Assembly (NCBI GenBank): GCA_028534125.1
Contig: CM052816.1
Span: 13,270,001 to 13,334,000 of the forward strand
DNA from: Lama glama
Lineage: Eukaryota
Direction: 5' to 3'
Length of the DNA stretch: 64,000 nt
Part shown: piece by piece, positions 51,771-64,000 of the stretch
Numbering within the stretch: position 1 is the first letter of the stretch
How the letters are laid out: every line of letters starts with the position of its first letter
The notes under the pieces: model-generated
The model's input: the letters and a program-made list of their open reading frames with translations, nothing else
Told to the model about the DNA's origin: nothing
The model's database searches: none
Translations under genes and position numbers: made by a program

Positions 51771-52049
51771 CTCGAAAAACAAAGAAGAAGATAAAAGGAA
51801 TTCAGCAGGCCACTACAGGAGTCTCACCAGACACTTCTGAAAACCCTGCTAACAAAACAATAGTTCCTACAACGTTACCACAGCTCACGCCTACCCTGGT
51901 GTCACTGCTGGAGGTCATCGAACCCGAGGTGTTATACGCGGGGTACGACAGTTCTGTTCCGGATACAACGTGGCGGCTCATGACCACACTCAACATGCTA
52001 GGGGGCCGGCAGGTGATTGCGGCAGTCAAGTGGGCAAAGGCCATACCAG
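51771..52049 (+). CDS. NR3C1: Glucocorticoid receptor exon 5 (NLS/hinge and LBD helices 1-3)
   Basis: T-run then acacacag acceptor; translates (A)[92 protein letters not shown]; donor CAG|gtaaga at 52050. 279 nt. Confidence 0.99.
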
Positions 52050-53019
52050 GTAAGAAGTCAGAGATGACACAGCTAAGGCACAAACCTTAACGTTTTTTTC
52101 AATGAAACCCTCTCGCTCTTCATCATCCTGATCCCGTGGCGCGTCTCATTTCTCTTACTCGGTTCTGGGCACTGACGATGACGGTCAGGTAACTAAGCAA
52201 GAGTGAAGAGTCTGTGATAAAACTTCTACACTTCCCCTTGCTTTTTACATTATTCCTCGGAGCACGTAGTGATTTCAGATGAGATACTGGAACATCACAA
52301 CTAGAGTTACCAGAGTTACTCACTATTCCTTTACCTAGAAGTCTAGAAGATGATGTATAGTGTTTCTTTTCCTTCTAAGTATCACTCGTAAAAACAGGTT
52401 ATTTCCAAACTTGCCTAGTAACAGCCCTAGTAACACTGTCAAAAAGTACTCAGATTGAAAATGATTTCAACTCTTCACTCAATAAAATTACATGTGGACT
52501 GTAAGTTTTAGTTAATTTAACGTCAAGATAATGTGCAATAAAAGTTCCCCTACTGAAACTGGATGTAGCACGGCAGAAGTCAACGTCAGTGGCAACTCGG
52601 ACGTCACAGTTAGAGGGGAACTGACAAGTTTCAGTTCACGCCAATAGTTAGAGACAGACAAGAATAAAGTAACCTTGCCTCCTGCCATTCATGCTCCGTC
52701 ACGAGGAAAAGAGGTGTAACTATGAGGGGAAGTTTTTCAACTTACATTCACTGAATGGGTAACGTCCCGGGCCAGGACTCTTACCTTTCTATTTTACTGT
52801 GGAGTGCACCATTTATTTAGTGGATACTTAAGTCGGCAAAAACTGTTATAACTGACTGAACCCTTAAGTTTTTTGCTTTTTGGTCCTAACATGCCAGATG
52901 AGAGAAAACTCTGCCTATCTGGTGCTTCACTTCCTCTGTCTGTCAGGGGCCCCCCAGTGCTGTCTTGGGCAGTTTGATGAGTGGACTGTTTGATCAGACC
53001 TTCATCTCTCCGATTTCAG

Positions 53020-53164
53020 GGTTCAGGAACTTACACCTGGATGACCAAATGACCCTACTTCAGTATTCGTGGATGTTCCTCATGGCATTCGCCCTGGGAT
53101 GGAGATCCTACAGACAGTCGAACGCAAACCTGCTCTGTTTCGCTCCTGATCTGGTTATTAATGA
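53020..53164 (+). CDS. NR3C1: Glucocorticoid receptor exon 6 (LBD helices 4-5, beta-sheet)
   Basis: Acceptor ctctccgatttcag; translates (G)[47 protein letters not shown](E); donor GA|gtaagt at 53165. 145 nt. Confidence 0.99.
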
Positions 53165-54899
53165 GTAAGTCGTTCTCCCTGTTTTCACAGGGTACTTTTA
53201 CCCAGCTGATGTTTTCCTGATGGACTCCTGTTGTGCACTGTGATCGTTCAGGGACTGAGTCAATCCTACCAGTTGTCTTGGAACTGGGCAAACTTGAAAT
53301 AGAGTTGTTTACTAATTCTGAAGGCAGGCCAGGTGTAATGCAGAGCATATTACTTGTGGCATCATGACTGTCCCAGGACATACTTGAGGCTGCTTTTAAG
53401 CAGTGAACATCTCTTGGGATCAGTAAAGTCTGCACCAAGGAAAAAGGAACCTTACTGTGGCACTGCCTTCACTACGTAATCCCATTCCAGACGGGAAGCA
53501 AAGCGTGACACAATTCACGTCCATCCTGCTCTCAGTAGGACAACTACAGACGAGAGCAGCTGCGCTGAGGGAACAGGAGGCATGGACCCGGAGACAAAGG
53601 CTATCCTTTTGCGTGGCAAGGCTCGCTCCATGTTTATGACTAGGAAGGAACATAGGGACAATTTTTTTTTAATCTGGGAGAGAACCAACCAAGCTTTAAC
53701 GTTTGATACACCAGCTGCCTCTCGTCCTCTAGGCTTGTGCTTCTGAGACCTACTTCAGGTGTTCGCTCCCCCTTACCTCCACTGCATTTGTTTCCCAACT
53801 AGCTTTCCACCTCCAGTGTATCCTCCATCATGTTGACTCATTTTATCTTCTTAACACACAGTGTGATCATATAATGTGTGTCCCTGACACAGATGTCTTC
53901 ACTGACCACTCAGTGCACACTCAGCATGGTTTCTGGCTTTCCAGAATCTGGCCTCCACTTTCTCTCTCATCATCCTCTTTCACATCCTCGTTTTTCCCAC
54001 TCAGATCATCTATCCTTCAAACATACCCCTAGCTCACGATGTTCACATCATCCTGTAGAACCTCTCTGCTTTATCTGCCTTGCTCTTACCACTGTCTGCC
54101 TTGCATTACTACTTCTTTGTGTTCACAGCTAATCCTCCTTAATTAGAATGCAAGCACAGAATTCACACATGCTCACACACACACACACTGTCTGGGCAGA
54201 ATTAAAAAATGAAAGATTTCTGTTTTTAATTGTGAGCTGCAGGTGCTCTTGACTAAGATCCAAAAAAAAAAAAATTGACATCTTAAGCCACATTGACAGT
54301 CCGCAGAATAACAGTCTCATTATACTCTGAGTTACTGCATCACTAGTAAGTAGTGTGTGTTCAGAACTGAATACCGTGTTCGAGGTAACAGTGACAACTT
54401 TAAGGATGTCCACAGCGGCAAGGAGTTTGGAAATCAGCATCAACTGAGGAACAGAGGATGTATGGAGGAAAGAGAAAAGGCTGCTTGGCAACATGAGGAC
54501 AGCCTAAGACGCTATCCGAGGAAGATAAAACACATATTGCTTTCTCTGTTAGGTATGCCACTCACAAAAAATAATGGGCAGAGGTTATAGAAAAGCATCT
54601 ATTTGAGCTAAGTGTTCAATGGGAGGGCTTGCTTTATGATGTGGTTAGCCCAAATTATCATATGTGTTTTCAGAGACCAGATGATACTAGCTCCAGGTAT
54701 TTTAAAAGAAGCTGAACTATTCAGTTCAACTTAATGTTGTTTTTCTATTGGTGATCCCGACTTTTCAGCACGGTACAGGACTTACCAAGTGCCAGATGGT
54801 CTTTTAAGAGCTTGAGCTATAAAACTCAGGAAAATCATAAATGACCAAAATTGTGTCAGAGAGCCATGATATGATCGGGGAGAACGAAGGTGAGAGGGT

Positions 54900-55180
54900 G
54901 TGTGCTGCTTTGGATCAGGGCGCCATAGAAGACCTCTCTCTAAAGAGCAAGCTGGAGGAAAAGCAGGGCACTTCAGGCAGAAGAGATGTGTGCTCAGCCA
55001 GGAGAGATGAGTCACAGAGGCTGCAAACAACCTTGGCACGCATAGACATCGAGAGCAAGCCACTAAGGCTATTGTGTGAGTGGAGAGAAGTGGATGGGGC
55101 CAAGTCAGGCAGAATCTTGTAGGCCATGACATGGAGTCTGGATTTTATTCTAGCATCAAGAAGCCAGTTTGGGAGGAGGG
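54900..55180 (-). mobile_element. L2 fragment
   Basis: cagggcgccatagaagacctctct..cttcaggcagaagaga..cttgtaggccatgacatggagtctggattttattctag resembles L2 antisense. Confidence 0.65.
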
Positions 55181-56789
55181 GGGACAGACGACAACATGAT
55201 GGAAAATGGATTAGAGGAGGAAAACACTTCCCACTCTCGTCCTCTGTGCACAGCGCGTCATTAGTTGAGAACAAGCCCAACCGACTCCTCACCTTCACTG
55301 CGTACATACGCGAGGCGGGCAGGCACGCGCCACCACCAAATAAGTCATTTTCACATTGTGATGAGAGTTTTTACTAGAGATAGGGTCGCCAATGGCTGCC
55401 TGGAGGAGATGTCATCTGAGTTGAGGAAGAACTGAAGACCAGACTTCATAGCGAGAAGCAGCATGACAAGAGGAATGTCAAGCATACGATGTCATCCAAC
55501 TCTATTCCAGGGGACATCTCTCCCGGCCCTCAGTTAGCAGGCACCTCCATGTGGTTGGCCAGACCACACCTCCCACAGATATACTCTTAGAGATCTCCTT
55601 CAGAGACAGAACTCACCTGTCTATTGCCAAAAAAAAGAACTGCTCAAACCACTGCACCGCAATTTAACAACATACCAGCTGTTTGATCAAATTTAACTGA
55701 TAGATGTATACAGCTGATATGTAAACTCAAAGACATTTGACATCTCTCAGTCCTTGCTGCTCATTTCCAACTCCATCCATGCTTCAAAACCTGAAAACAT
55801 CATCGACAATATTTACTATTTACTGTCACTTTCTAAAAAGCCATTTGAAATCATTTCATGGGATTAAAACTACAAGCAGAGATTTATATGAAACACTAAC
55901 ATATTTCTGTGTTATAAAGTGAATCTAATTTAGAGTTTTGATTTTGGGACCAGTCATTGAGACAGTTATACCATAGCCTGGTATTTCTTACACAGGAGGA
56001 ATTACAGAAATTTTTTTCTCAGTGTTCAACTTCATTGTAGGATAGAAAGCTTACAAAAACAGTAGTTTTTAAGAGGGCACTCTTATTTCCCATGCTTGTA
56101 TCTATCTTCATGCTGCTCAAATAATCTTTTCTTTTTTTCCGTTAAGTCCGAGATCACTGTCTGTCAGAAACTCCAAAATAAACACGAACACAAAAACCAG
56201 GTCTTAACAAACAGTGAACAAGGCACAGTTTGGGGCTCTTAGTGTTATTTAAAAAGTTACAGAACTTTAGAGATCTACATGATAGTAACTATTGAACATT
56301 TACTTGGTACCTTTCATTAGAAAAATACTCAGTCACAGGCTGATTTGGGGTACCGGAAGGCCTAGTCATGTTCTAATTCTCACCCTCCGCATAACTCACA
56401 GTATCACACCTAAGTTGTCTTTATAATGGAATGCTGTGCGGAAAAAATACCTTGATTTTCAGATAGGTAGGATTTAAAACTGTATTGTCTAATTAGCCAG
56501 ATTCAAATGCTACCATACAACCTTGATTTAAATGAACAACTAGCAATAAATTCTCTAGGAGTAAATTCTAAACACTTAAATACAACAAATATATGACAAT
56601 CATTTCCCCACTATGTTAAGCAAAGGTTTTCAAAACTCTGACCCATAAGGAATGAGCATTAAATAGCAACAGTAAGATGACTTCATAGCTTCGCAAAAAA
56701 AAAAAAAAACAAAGTTTTGTTTTTTTGTTTTTAACGGGGACAAAAACTATTTCTTTCTAACTCTAACATTGATCATTTGTTTTTCACAG

Positions 56790-56920
56790 GCAGAGAATGG
56801 CTTTACCCTGCATGTATGACCAATGTAAACATATGCTGTATGTTTCCTCTGAGTTACACAGGCTTCAGGTATCTTACGAAGAGTACCTCTGTATGAAAAC
56901 CTTACTGCTTCTCTCTTCAG
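56790..56920 (+). CDS. NR3C1: Glucocorticoid receptor exon 7 (LBD)
   Basis: Branch-point-like ctctaac at 56761, acceptor ttttcacag; translates (E)[43 protein letters not shown]; donor CAG|gttggt at 56921. 131 nt. Confidence 0.99.
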
Positions 56921-58984
56921 GTTGGTAGAACACCTCTTCGCTTCTAAATACATCCAAAGCGTGAACTACCAGCGTCTAGAAACAAAGGTGTATTGGTATA
57001 CAAAGCACTCAAAATTACACCAAGTCTACTACTACTTCCTGCTAGTCAGACACTGTGGATTTTCAACAATGTAAGATTTTAGAAAGGCACAGCCAGTGAT
57101 ACTAAGATTAATGAGAAATGAACAGGCATCTGAACCGCTGGGTGGGGATAGGGGAGGTCTCTGCTGATCTAGAATGCCTACAGACTTCCTCCTCCTTTCC
57201 TGTGACCTTTGGCAATACCACTATAGACGACATGGGAAAAGCAAGCCAACTAGGATGGCTTACGTTTCCCTACTTACTACACTGTCACTGGGTCAGAATT
57301 TTTCATGATGCGATGAATGCTACCATGTATAAGACATGGTGGGAGAAAAAGATACGACCTACAGAAGGGGTGCTTGATGACTGGTAGACGATTGCTTCCT
57401 GCGGCACTGCAGCTGGACTGTTAGAGGTAATCTATTTAGAAAAGAACAACAAGGGTTTAGAAAACAATCTTGAAAATTTATGTAAATTTATTGGTATATG
57501 ACGTTTACTGAGAGTAGTTTCAGCCAGCAAAGACATACTACAAGGCTACTGAAAACTATCTGCTCTGTATTAGTCAAAATGTGGCAGTTTCAACAACTAA
57601 TAAAAGAAGGTCTGTGAACAAGTTGGTATTATAAACTTTAGGCCACTCCAGTAAAAATGATCAGGTTAGTGTTTATACAATACTGGAGTCGATGGCTGAA
57701 TACCTCTTTGATATACAAGTAAGTACCTTTGCCATTTAAAGGAAAAAAACCTTCCTTCCGTTAGTAACTGTGGTTTCAAAGTACCTAAGTAACTTGGAGC
57801 CTTGGATGTTGCCCATGACTTTATCTACTGAAGCTTTTCCAAAGCACACATCCATCTTAATGCTCTCTTACTATCTTTGCTCTCCAAATGGAATTAAAGA
57901 GTATTAATAATATTTCAACCAAAGCAACAGAATTTTCCACAACCGATTAAAAAACCTAATTTTTCTAAGGTTATCAGCAGAAGTACTCTTGTTAAAGAAG
58001 TGAGCTTGATTTTATTCAAGGGAGTAAACAGTTCAAGTTCTGACCATGAATCGTGATTTTGATGGGTAACATCCAGGTATAGGTCAATACCTACATACTA
58101 TTGGTAAAAAAAAAAAAAAATTACAGTTTAAGGTTTATACATTCCAGGCTCACTGAGCTGCGTGTTTTTTTCATTCTAGATAGGAAAAAGTAATTTGAAG
58201 GCGTATTTGTCATTGGTTCCTTTAAAGAAAAAATACGATCACAAGGATGGTAATACATACCTAAAACCAGGTATAATATGAATTCCACTCTGACATAACA
58301 CTGACATAGGTATCCTAACCTCCCACTAAAAAATACTGAACTGAAAAAACTACAGACCAAGTATAGGCAAGTACTACCCCAAAGAGGCCAACTGCACTCC
58401 GAAGCTGCCTCTCTCAGAGGGTATCTGCAAAGCCTGGTGGATCAGTGTACTTAGCTAGTTTAAAGACAGGTGACATTGAAAAGAAATGGATCATGTATCT
58501 AAAGGCAGATTAGAAGATGGACTTGAAGACATTGAAAGTCAAATATATATCTGCAGAAATTAACCAGAATACTTTTTAAGGTGCCTATGTGTGTACCTGT
58601 ATTCATACTGATATACGGATGTGTACTATGTATTCATGTAAATGAACAAGGGCAAGAGGCATGATTGAGGAAGGACTAAAACACTGCTTCACAACTCTTT
58701 TCATGTCACAATTAACATAAAAACAGTATTCATACATAGCCCAATGAGGTGAATGAGTGAGGCCACTTGCAGCGAGCAAAGCAGACCGTTATCTAAACAC
58801 ATTGGCAACCTTTTCATAGTACATCCGTTGAAAAAAGGTCTAGCCTAATAATAATCATCAAATATCCAAAACCAAAGGTAAAAAAAATTACACAAAGAGA
58901 TGGAAACCTTCCAGAACAGCAGCAGTTCAAGAAAAAGGAATTTTTTTTTTAAGCTAAGGAAGCAAAGTGAAAAATGAGGGTGGA

Positions 58985-60900
58985 TTTCCAGTTTCAGTTC
59001 TGACAAGTAAACACCTTGGAAGTTTCACTCCCATCCTCACAGTAAGAAAACGTTGAGCAAACAAAATCAATGACTTTTCTAAGATCATCAGAGAAGTGAG
59101 GTCACAGAGCAAAAAATGTGAAGAATACAGGCAAATATAGAGAAACACAGCCAAGATCAGCTTTCTGGGAACAGAAACTACTGGAGCCAGTAAGGTAGCA
59201 ATAGTTGTGGTAATTTTGGTGAATCATTGGAGACCAAGTGAACAATAGCTGATGTGTTAAAAACTTCTTAGTGAGGTTGTTACCCACACTTTCTGGGTTT
59301 CTCTCCAGAAGCTCCACCAGGTTCTCATGGTGAAGCTCAGACAAAGACCCCATCATGTTTCTGTCCTCTAAGGGAAACTGCTGTGATAAAGCTTTATCCG
59401 ACCTGGGGGGAAAAGCAAGTCAGTCATTCCAGCTCCCTCTACCTTCCTATCTCAAACAGGGAGGGGAGGGAAAAGGTTCAGTAACACCTCTGAAGGTCAC
59501 AGCCCAGGGACTCGGGCCTACTTAAAAAAAAACCTGACGTTTACCCATAAAGGTATAAAACATTCCACATCCCCATCACCTTACCGCCATATTAACAGAG
59601 CTCCAGGATAATTCAGGGTTACAACTGAGAGAGCTATAGGACACAGCGATTTAAAGAGCTCTTAGGGAAACCCAAGGACAGCACGGAAGAAAGTAGAACA
59701 GAAACAATGAAACCAGAGGAAACGGAAGCCTCTTCACACCTACAGCTGCAGCCAACGTTAAACACAGCCCAGATCCTAGCCACATTAAAAGCCTAATTAC
59801 CTCAGCTCTTACATGTCATATCCAGCTTTGAGCAAAAAATTAAAATAATGTGTGGAGACACAAGCAACAAAACCCAACTCAGACGTGACCCTGGTGCTGT
59901 AATGATCAGAGACGGAGTGTAAAGTAACTACCATTAGTATGTTCAGGGCTCTAAGGAAAAGTAAAAAACATACAGCAACATACGGGTACTGTAAGCAGAG
60001 AGGTACAAACTCCAAGAATCCAAAGGAAATCCTAGAAATTAAAAATACTGTAATGGAAACATAATGCTGGGCTCGTCAGTAGATTGGGCATAGCCAAGGA
60101 CAGAATCATTGAGCTGGAACATACGTCAACAGACGGTTCAAACTTAACATGCAAAGAGAACAAGGAATGAAAAAAATGCAACAGAGCATTCGAGAACTGT
60201 GAGGACAGTTTCAGAAGGTGTAACGTAAGTAGCGGAGTAATCAGAAGGAACCAAAGAAATATCTATGAAGTAATGATGACTAGTCAGTTTTCAAAGTTAA
60301 TGATAGACTTGGAAACAGACCCAGGAAGCACAGAAAACAGCAAGAAAGGTAAACACTACACCTGGGCATCTTTCAGTTAACCTATAAAAAATCAAAGACA
60401 GTAACAAAATCTCGGAAAAGGCCAGAGGTAAAAATACAGGTTACCTACGGAGAAACAAGGATAACAATTATACTAGAATTCTTACCACAAACCATGCAAG
60501 CAAGAAGGAAATGGAGTGACCTATTTAGTGTTGAAAGAAAAAAATTACCTACGTTACGATTCTGTGTCCAGTGAAATTATCCTTCAAAAGTGAAGGCAAA
60601 ATAAAGACTTTTTTTCTCAGGCAAAAAATGGGGAATGTAACTCGTAGATCTGCCTTGCACAAAATGTTAAAAGAAGTTCTTCAGAGTGAAGGAAGATGAT
60701 ATAGCTCAGAAACATGAATCTCTGTAAAAGGAAAAGCTTTAGAGAAGGAGATGAAAACACGCTTTCGTTTTTCTTAATTGATCTAGCAACTATTTAAAGT
60801 AGTAATTGCAGCACTGTATTGGAAAATTGTAACATGGGTAAGGGAAATGAACAACAGCAAGGTTAAAAAGAGATGGGACAAGAAAATTGGGAATACCGTG
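58985..60900 (+). mobile_element. Old L1M 5' region/ORF1 remnant, sense to the gene (intron 7)
   Basis: A-rich, with ORF1-type C-terminal sequence aaaccatgcaagcaagaagg..ccagtgaaattatccttcaaaagtgaaggcaaaataaagac..aatgttaaaagaagttcttcag. Confidence 0.8.
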
Positions 60901-60949
60901 TTTTAACTGATTATATTTCAATTAAAAAGAAAACAGTAGAGTATTCCAA

Positions 60950-62478
60950 GGAAAACAGACACAGATCAATAGAAACATAATTGACAGCCCAGAAATAAAC
61001 CCATGCATATATAGTCAATTAATTAAAGACAGACGTGCAACAATACATAATGGGGACAGGACAGTCTTCAATAAGATGCTAGAAAAAACTAAACCACTAT
61101 CTTAAGCCACACAAAAATTAACTCAAAATGGCTCAGACTTGGACGTTAAGACCTGAAACCGTAAAATTCCTAGAAGAAAACATAGGCGGTAATAAGATCC
61201 TTCACATCATTCTTGGTGTTGATTTTTTGCGTCAGACACCAAAAGCCAAGTCTACAAAAGCAAAATAAACAAGTGAGGCTGTATCACACTGAAGAGCATC
61301 TACAAAGCAAAGGAAACCATCAACAAAATGAAAAAAGGGGGGGAGGGGCAGCCAAACCAAATGGAAAAAAATATTTCCAAATCATATATCTGGGGTTTGG
61401 ATATATTTGGATAAGGGGTTAATATCCAAAACATATGAAGAACTCAACAGCATAAAAACTATAACCCTGATGAAAACCTGGGCAAAAGATCTGAACAGAC
61501 ATTTCAAATGACATACAAATAGTCAGCAATACATAAGAAGGTGCTTAACATCATTAGTCATCAGAGGAATGCATGCAAAGCAAATGCACAATCAGATACC
61601 ACCTTCCATCTCTGAAAATGGGTATTATCCACACGTCCAAAGGTAACAAGGTGTTGGTGATGGTGTGGAGAAAAGGGGACCCTTGTGCACTCCTCACGGA
61701 ATTTAAATTGCTGCAGATGGTCTAGAAAACAGTATGGAAGTTCTTCAACAAGTTAAAAAATATAACTACTATATATGATCCCCCTATTCCACTTTGGGGT
61801 ATTTATCCGAAGAAACCAAAAGCATTAACGGGAAAAGACCCATATACCCCCAAGTTCATTTGCAGTACTATTTATAATAGCCGAGCTATGGAAGCAACCT
61901 GAGTGTGCACTGATAGATGACTGTATAGAGAAAATACGGTGTCTGTCGTCAATGGAGTATTATTTAGCCATAAGAAAAAAATGTAGTCTTGCCATTTGTA
62001 ACTACATGGATGGGCCCTGAAGGCATTCTCCTAAGTGAAATGAATCAGACAAAGATAAATACCATATAATCTTACTTTAATGTGGAAGCTAAAAGCAAAA
62101 GCTCAGGGATACATAGCAGAAATTGGTGGATGCCAGAGGTTGGAGGAGCGGGTGCTGGCAGATGGGCGAAATGGGTGAAGGTGGTCAAAAGGTACAAACT
62201 TCTACCTGTACAATAAGTAAGTCACGAGGATGGAATGTACAGCATGGTGTCTATAGTTAGTAATACTGTATTTGGTATTTGAAAGTTGACAGGAGAGTAA
62301 ATCTTAAGGTTTCATCACAGGAAGAAATTCTGTAACAATTTATGATAATGGATGTTAGTCTTATTGTGGTCATTATTTCCCAATTACACAAATACTCATG
62401 TTGTACATCTAAAACTAATGTTATATGCCAATTATACCTAAATTTTACAAAATGCCAATTATAGCTAATTTTTAAAAA
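60950..62478 (+). mobile_element. L1MA-type 3' ORF2 + 3' UTR, sense to the gene (intron 7)
   Basis: agcccagaaataaacccatgcatatatagtcaatta..cctagaagaaaacatagg..ggtcaaaaggtacaaactt..aatgtacagcatggtgtctatagttagtaatactgtatt; ends with a 27-bp imperfect tandem duplication at 62425-62478. Confidence 0.88.
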
Positions 62479-63530
62479 TTAAAAGCATTTTTTTAACTCC
62501 ACTGAGAAAGTAGCAAACGGGCTAGGGGAAGTTATAACTCAAGTCCACAAGGCAAGTAGGAATTAAATGAAGACTGTCTGCTCCTAAACCCACTGCTTTT
62601 TCTCTATTCCACCATTTTCTAAGATGTCAACAGCAGTGAAGTTTAGGTTTGATAAACAATGTGTTCCCCTCCCTGCAGAGTGCTTAATTATTACTCTTGA
62701 GAAGTCCTGAAATCTACCAATCTGCTTAACATTTAGTTGTGCTCCATTTTGGCCAAATTCCTTTTTTCCCTCATCACTGTTTACACAGAACCAGCATTCC
62801 TAGAAGCACACTTTAAGAAGTGGAACATCCTCAAGAGTCATCTCTGCAAGTCTGACTGAAAACGTGATTAACCCTCTGTACACAGTCCTTCTAACTAGTA
62901 TCAGTTTTTAAAGAAAGAGTCCTCTAAAAAAACTCATTCTATACCAACTTTATGATCCATGAGGTATTTTCTATATTTCTCTACATAAGGAAAGGTGCAT
63001 GTTTGCTCCCCAGTAAGGTATTATATATAAGCCACATAAAAAAATTAAGTTTCTTTTTACATTGGTATCACATCAACTCATTAAGTTAACACACTGACTA
63101 GTAAAGTGCACAGCATGCTGATTTTGAGGGAGACATCACAGGTATTCCCAGACGTAACTGGTGAAATCAACACTGTTGTTGAAGCCTTCTACGTCTGTAC
63201 TAGCATCACACTCAAGGGCAGAATGATCATCAGGGCATTATTCATTTGGTCTTCCAACTAGCTTGGTGAACTAGGGAGGAAGCTCCACTTCATAGATGAG
63301 AAACAAAGCTATATACTCAAAGTCAAATACTCCAAGTTCAGTCCTCCAATTTCCTATTATCCCATATTCTCCCTTGCCTTTAGTTTCACAGTCCTTTGAA
63401 AATGCTTCTATGTTAATAGAATGCATAAAGAGCATCATAGACAAAGTCACCCATGATACTGTGCTATGACTACTTGCATGTATGAAAAGTTACCGTAAGA
63501 AAATTAATTGACTACATCTTCACTTTTTAG

Positions 63531-63688
63531 TTCCTAAGGAAGGTTTGAAGAGCCAAGAGCTATTTGATGAGATTAGAATGACCTACATCAAAGAGCTAGG
63601 AAAAGCCATTGTCAAGAGGGAAGGGAACTCCAGTCAGAACTGGCAGCGGTTTTATCAACTGACAAAACTCTTGGACTCCATGCATGAT
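63531..63688 (+). CDS. NR3C1: Glucocorticoid receptor exon 8 (LBD helices 9-10)
   Basis: Acceptor cactttttag; translates (V)[52 protein letters not shown]; donor GAT|gtaagt at 63689. 158 nt. Confidence 0.99.
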
Positions 63689-64000
63689 GTAAGTGTCAAA
63701 CAAAAATCAACATATCACAAGAATTTTCTGAGACATAACGTATGTCCTGATTAGTGTATATGATTACCAGGTTTTATTTTTTCCCCATTTATGCATTTTG
63801 GTGATGGTTTGGGTTCAATTCGTGAAGTCCCATTTGGCACGCATTTCTCCTAAGGCCAATTATGAAACATTTCATCTACTCATGTGCACCTAACATCATG
63901 ATGCCAATACAGAATTTAACACTATTTTTTAAAAGGTAGAATTCTCTGTTTTGCTATGATTAATCCAGCAAATTCTGTCTTTCATATGTTATGGTACTGC

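Overview
Mammalian genomic DNA covering the 3' part of intron 2 and coding exons 3-8 of the glucocorticoid receptor gene NR3C1 on the + strand (DNA-binding zinc fingers, hinge, and most of the ligand-binding domain). Exon 2 and exon 9 lie outside the window. Two Vic-1-type tRNA-derived SINEs point to a camelid genome. All six exons have GT-AG boundaries and splice in frame. The GR-gamma tandem donor and the GR-P intron-7 stop are both intact. The introns are filled with L1 (one nearly full-length but dead, one twin-primed inversion, one nested insertion with target deletion), L2, MIR, a MaLR LTR and DNA transposon fossils (MER20, MER82, Tigger1-derived). There is a 500-N assembly gap at 34065-34564. 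The most striking unexplained signal is a strand-asymmetric hypermutation footprint that flips polarity around the gap. Repeats to the left carry C>G and A>G changes on the + strand, while repeats to the right carry an excess of G>C and T>C changes, opposite to what NR3C1 transcription would predict, together with CpG gain. No prokaryote-style system is present and I could not support any novel protein-coding gene. Repeat family names and human residue numbers are from memory of consensus/reference sequences, not from a search.
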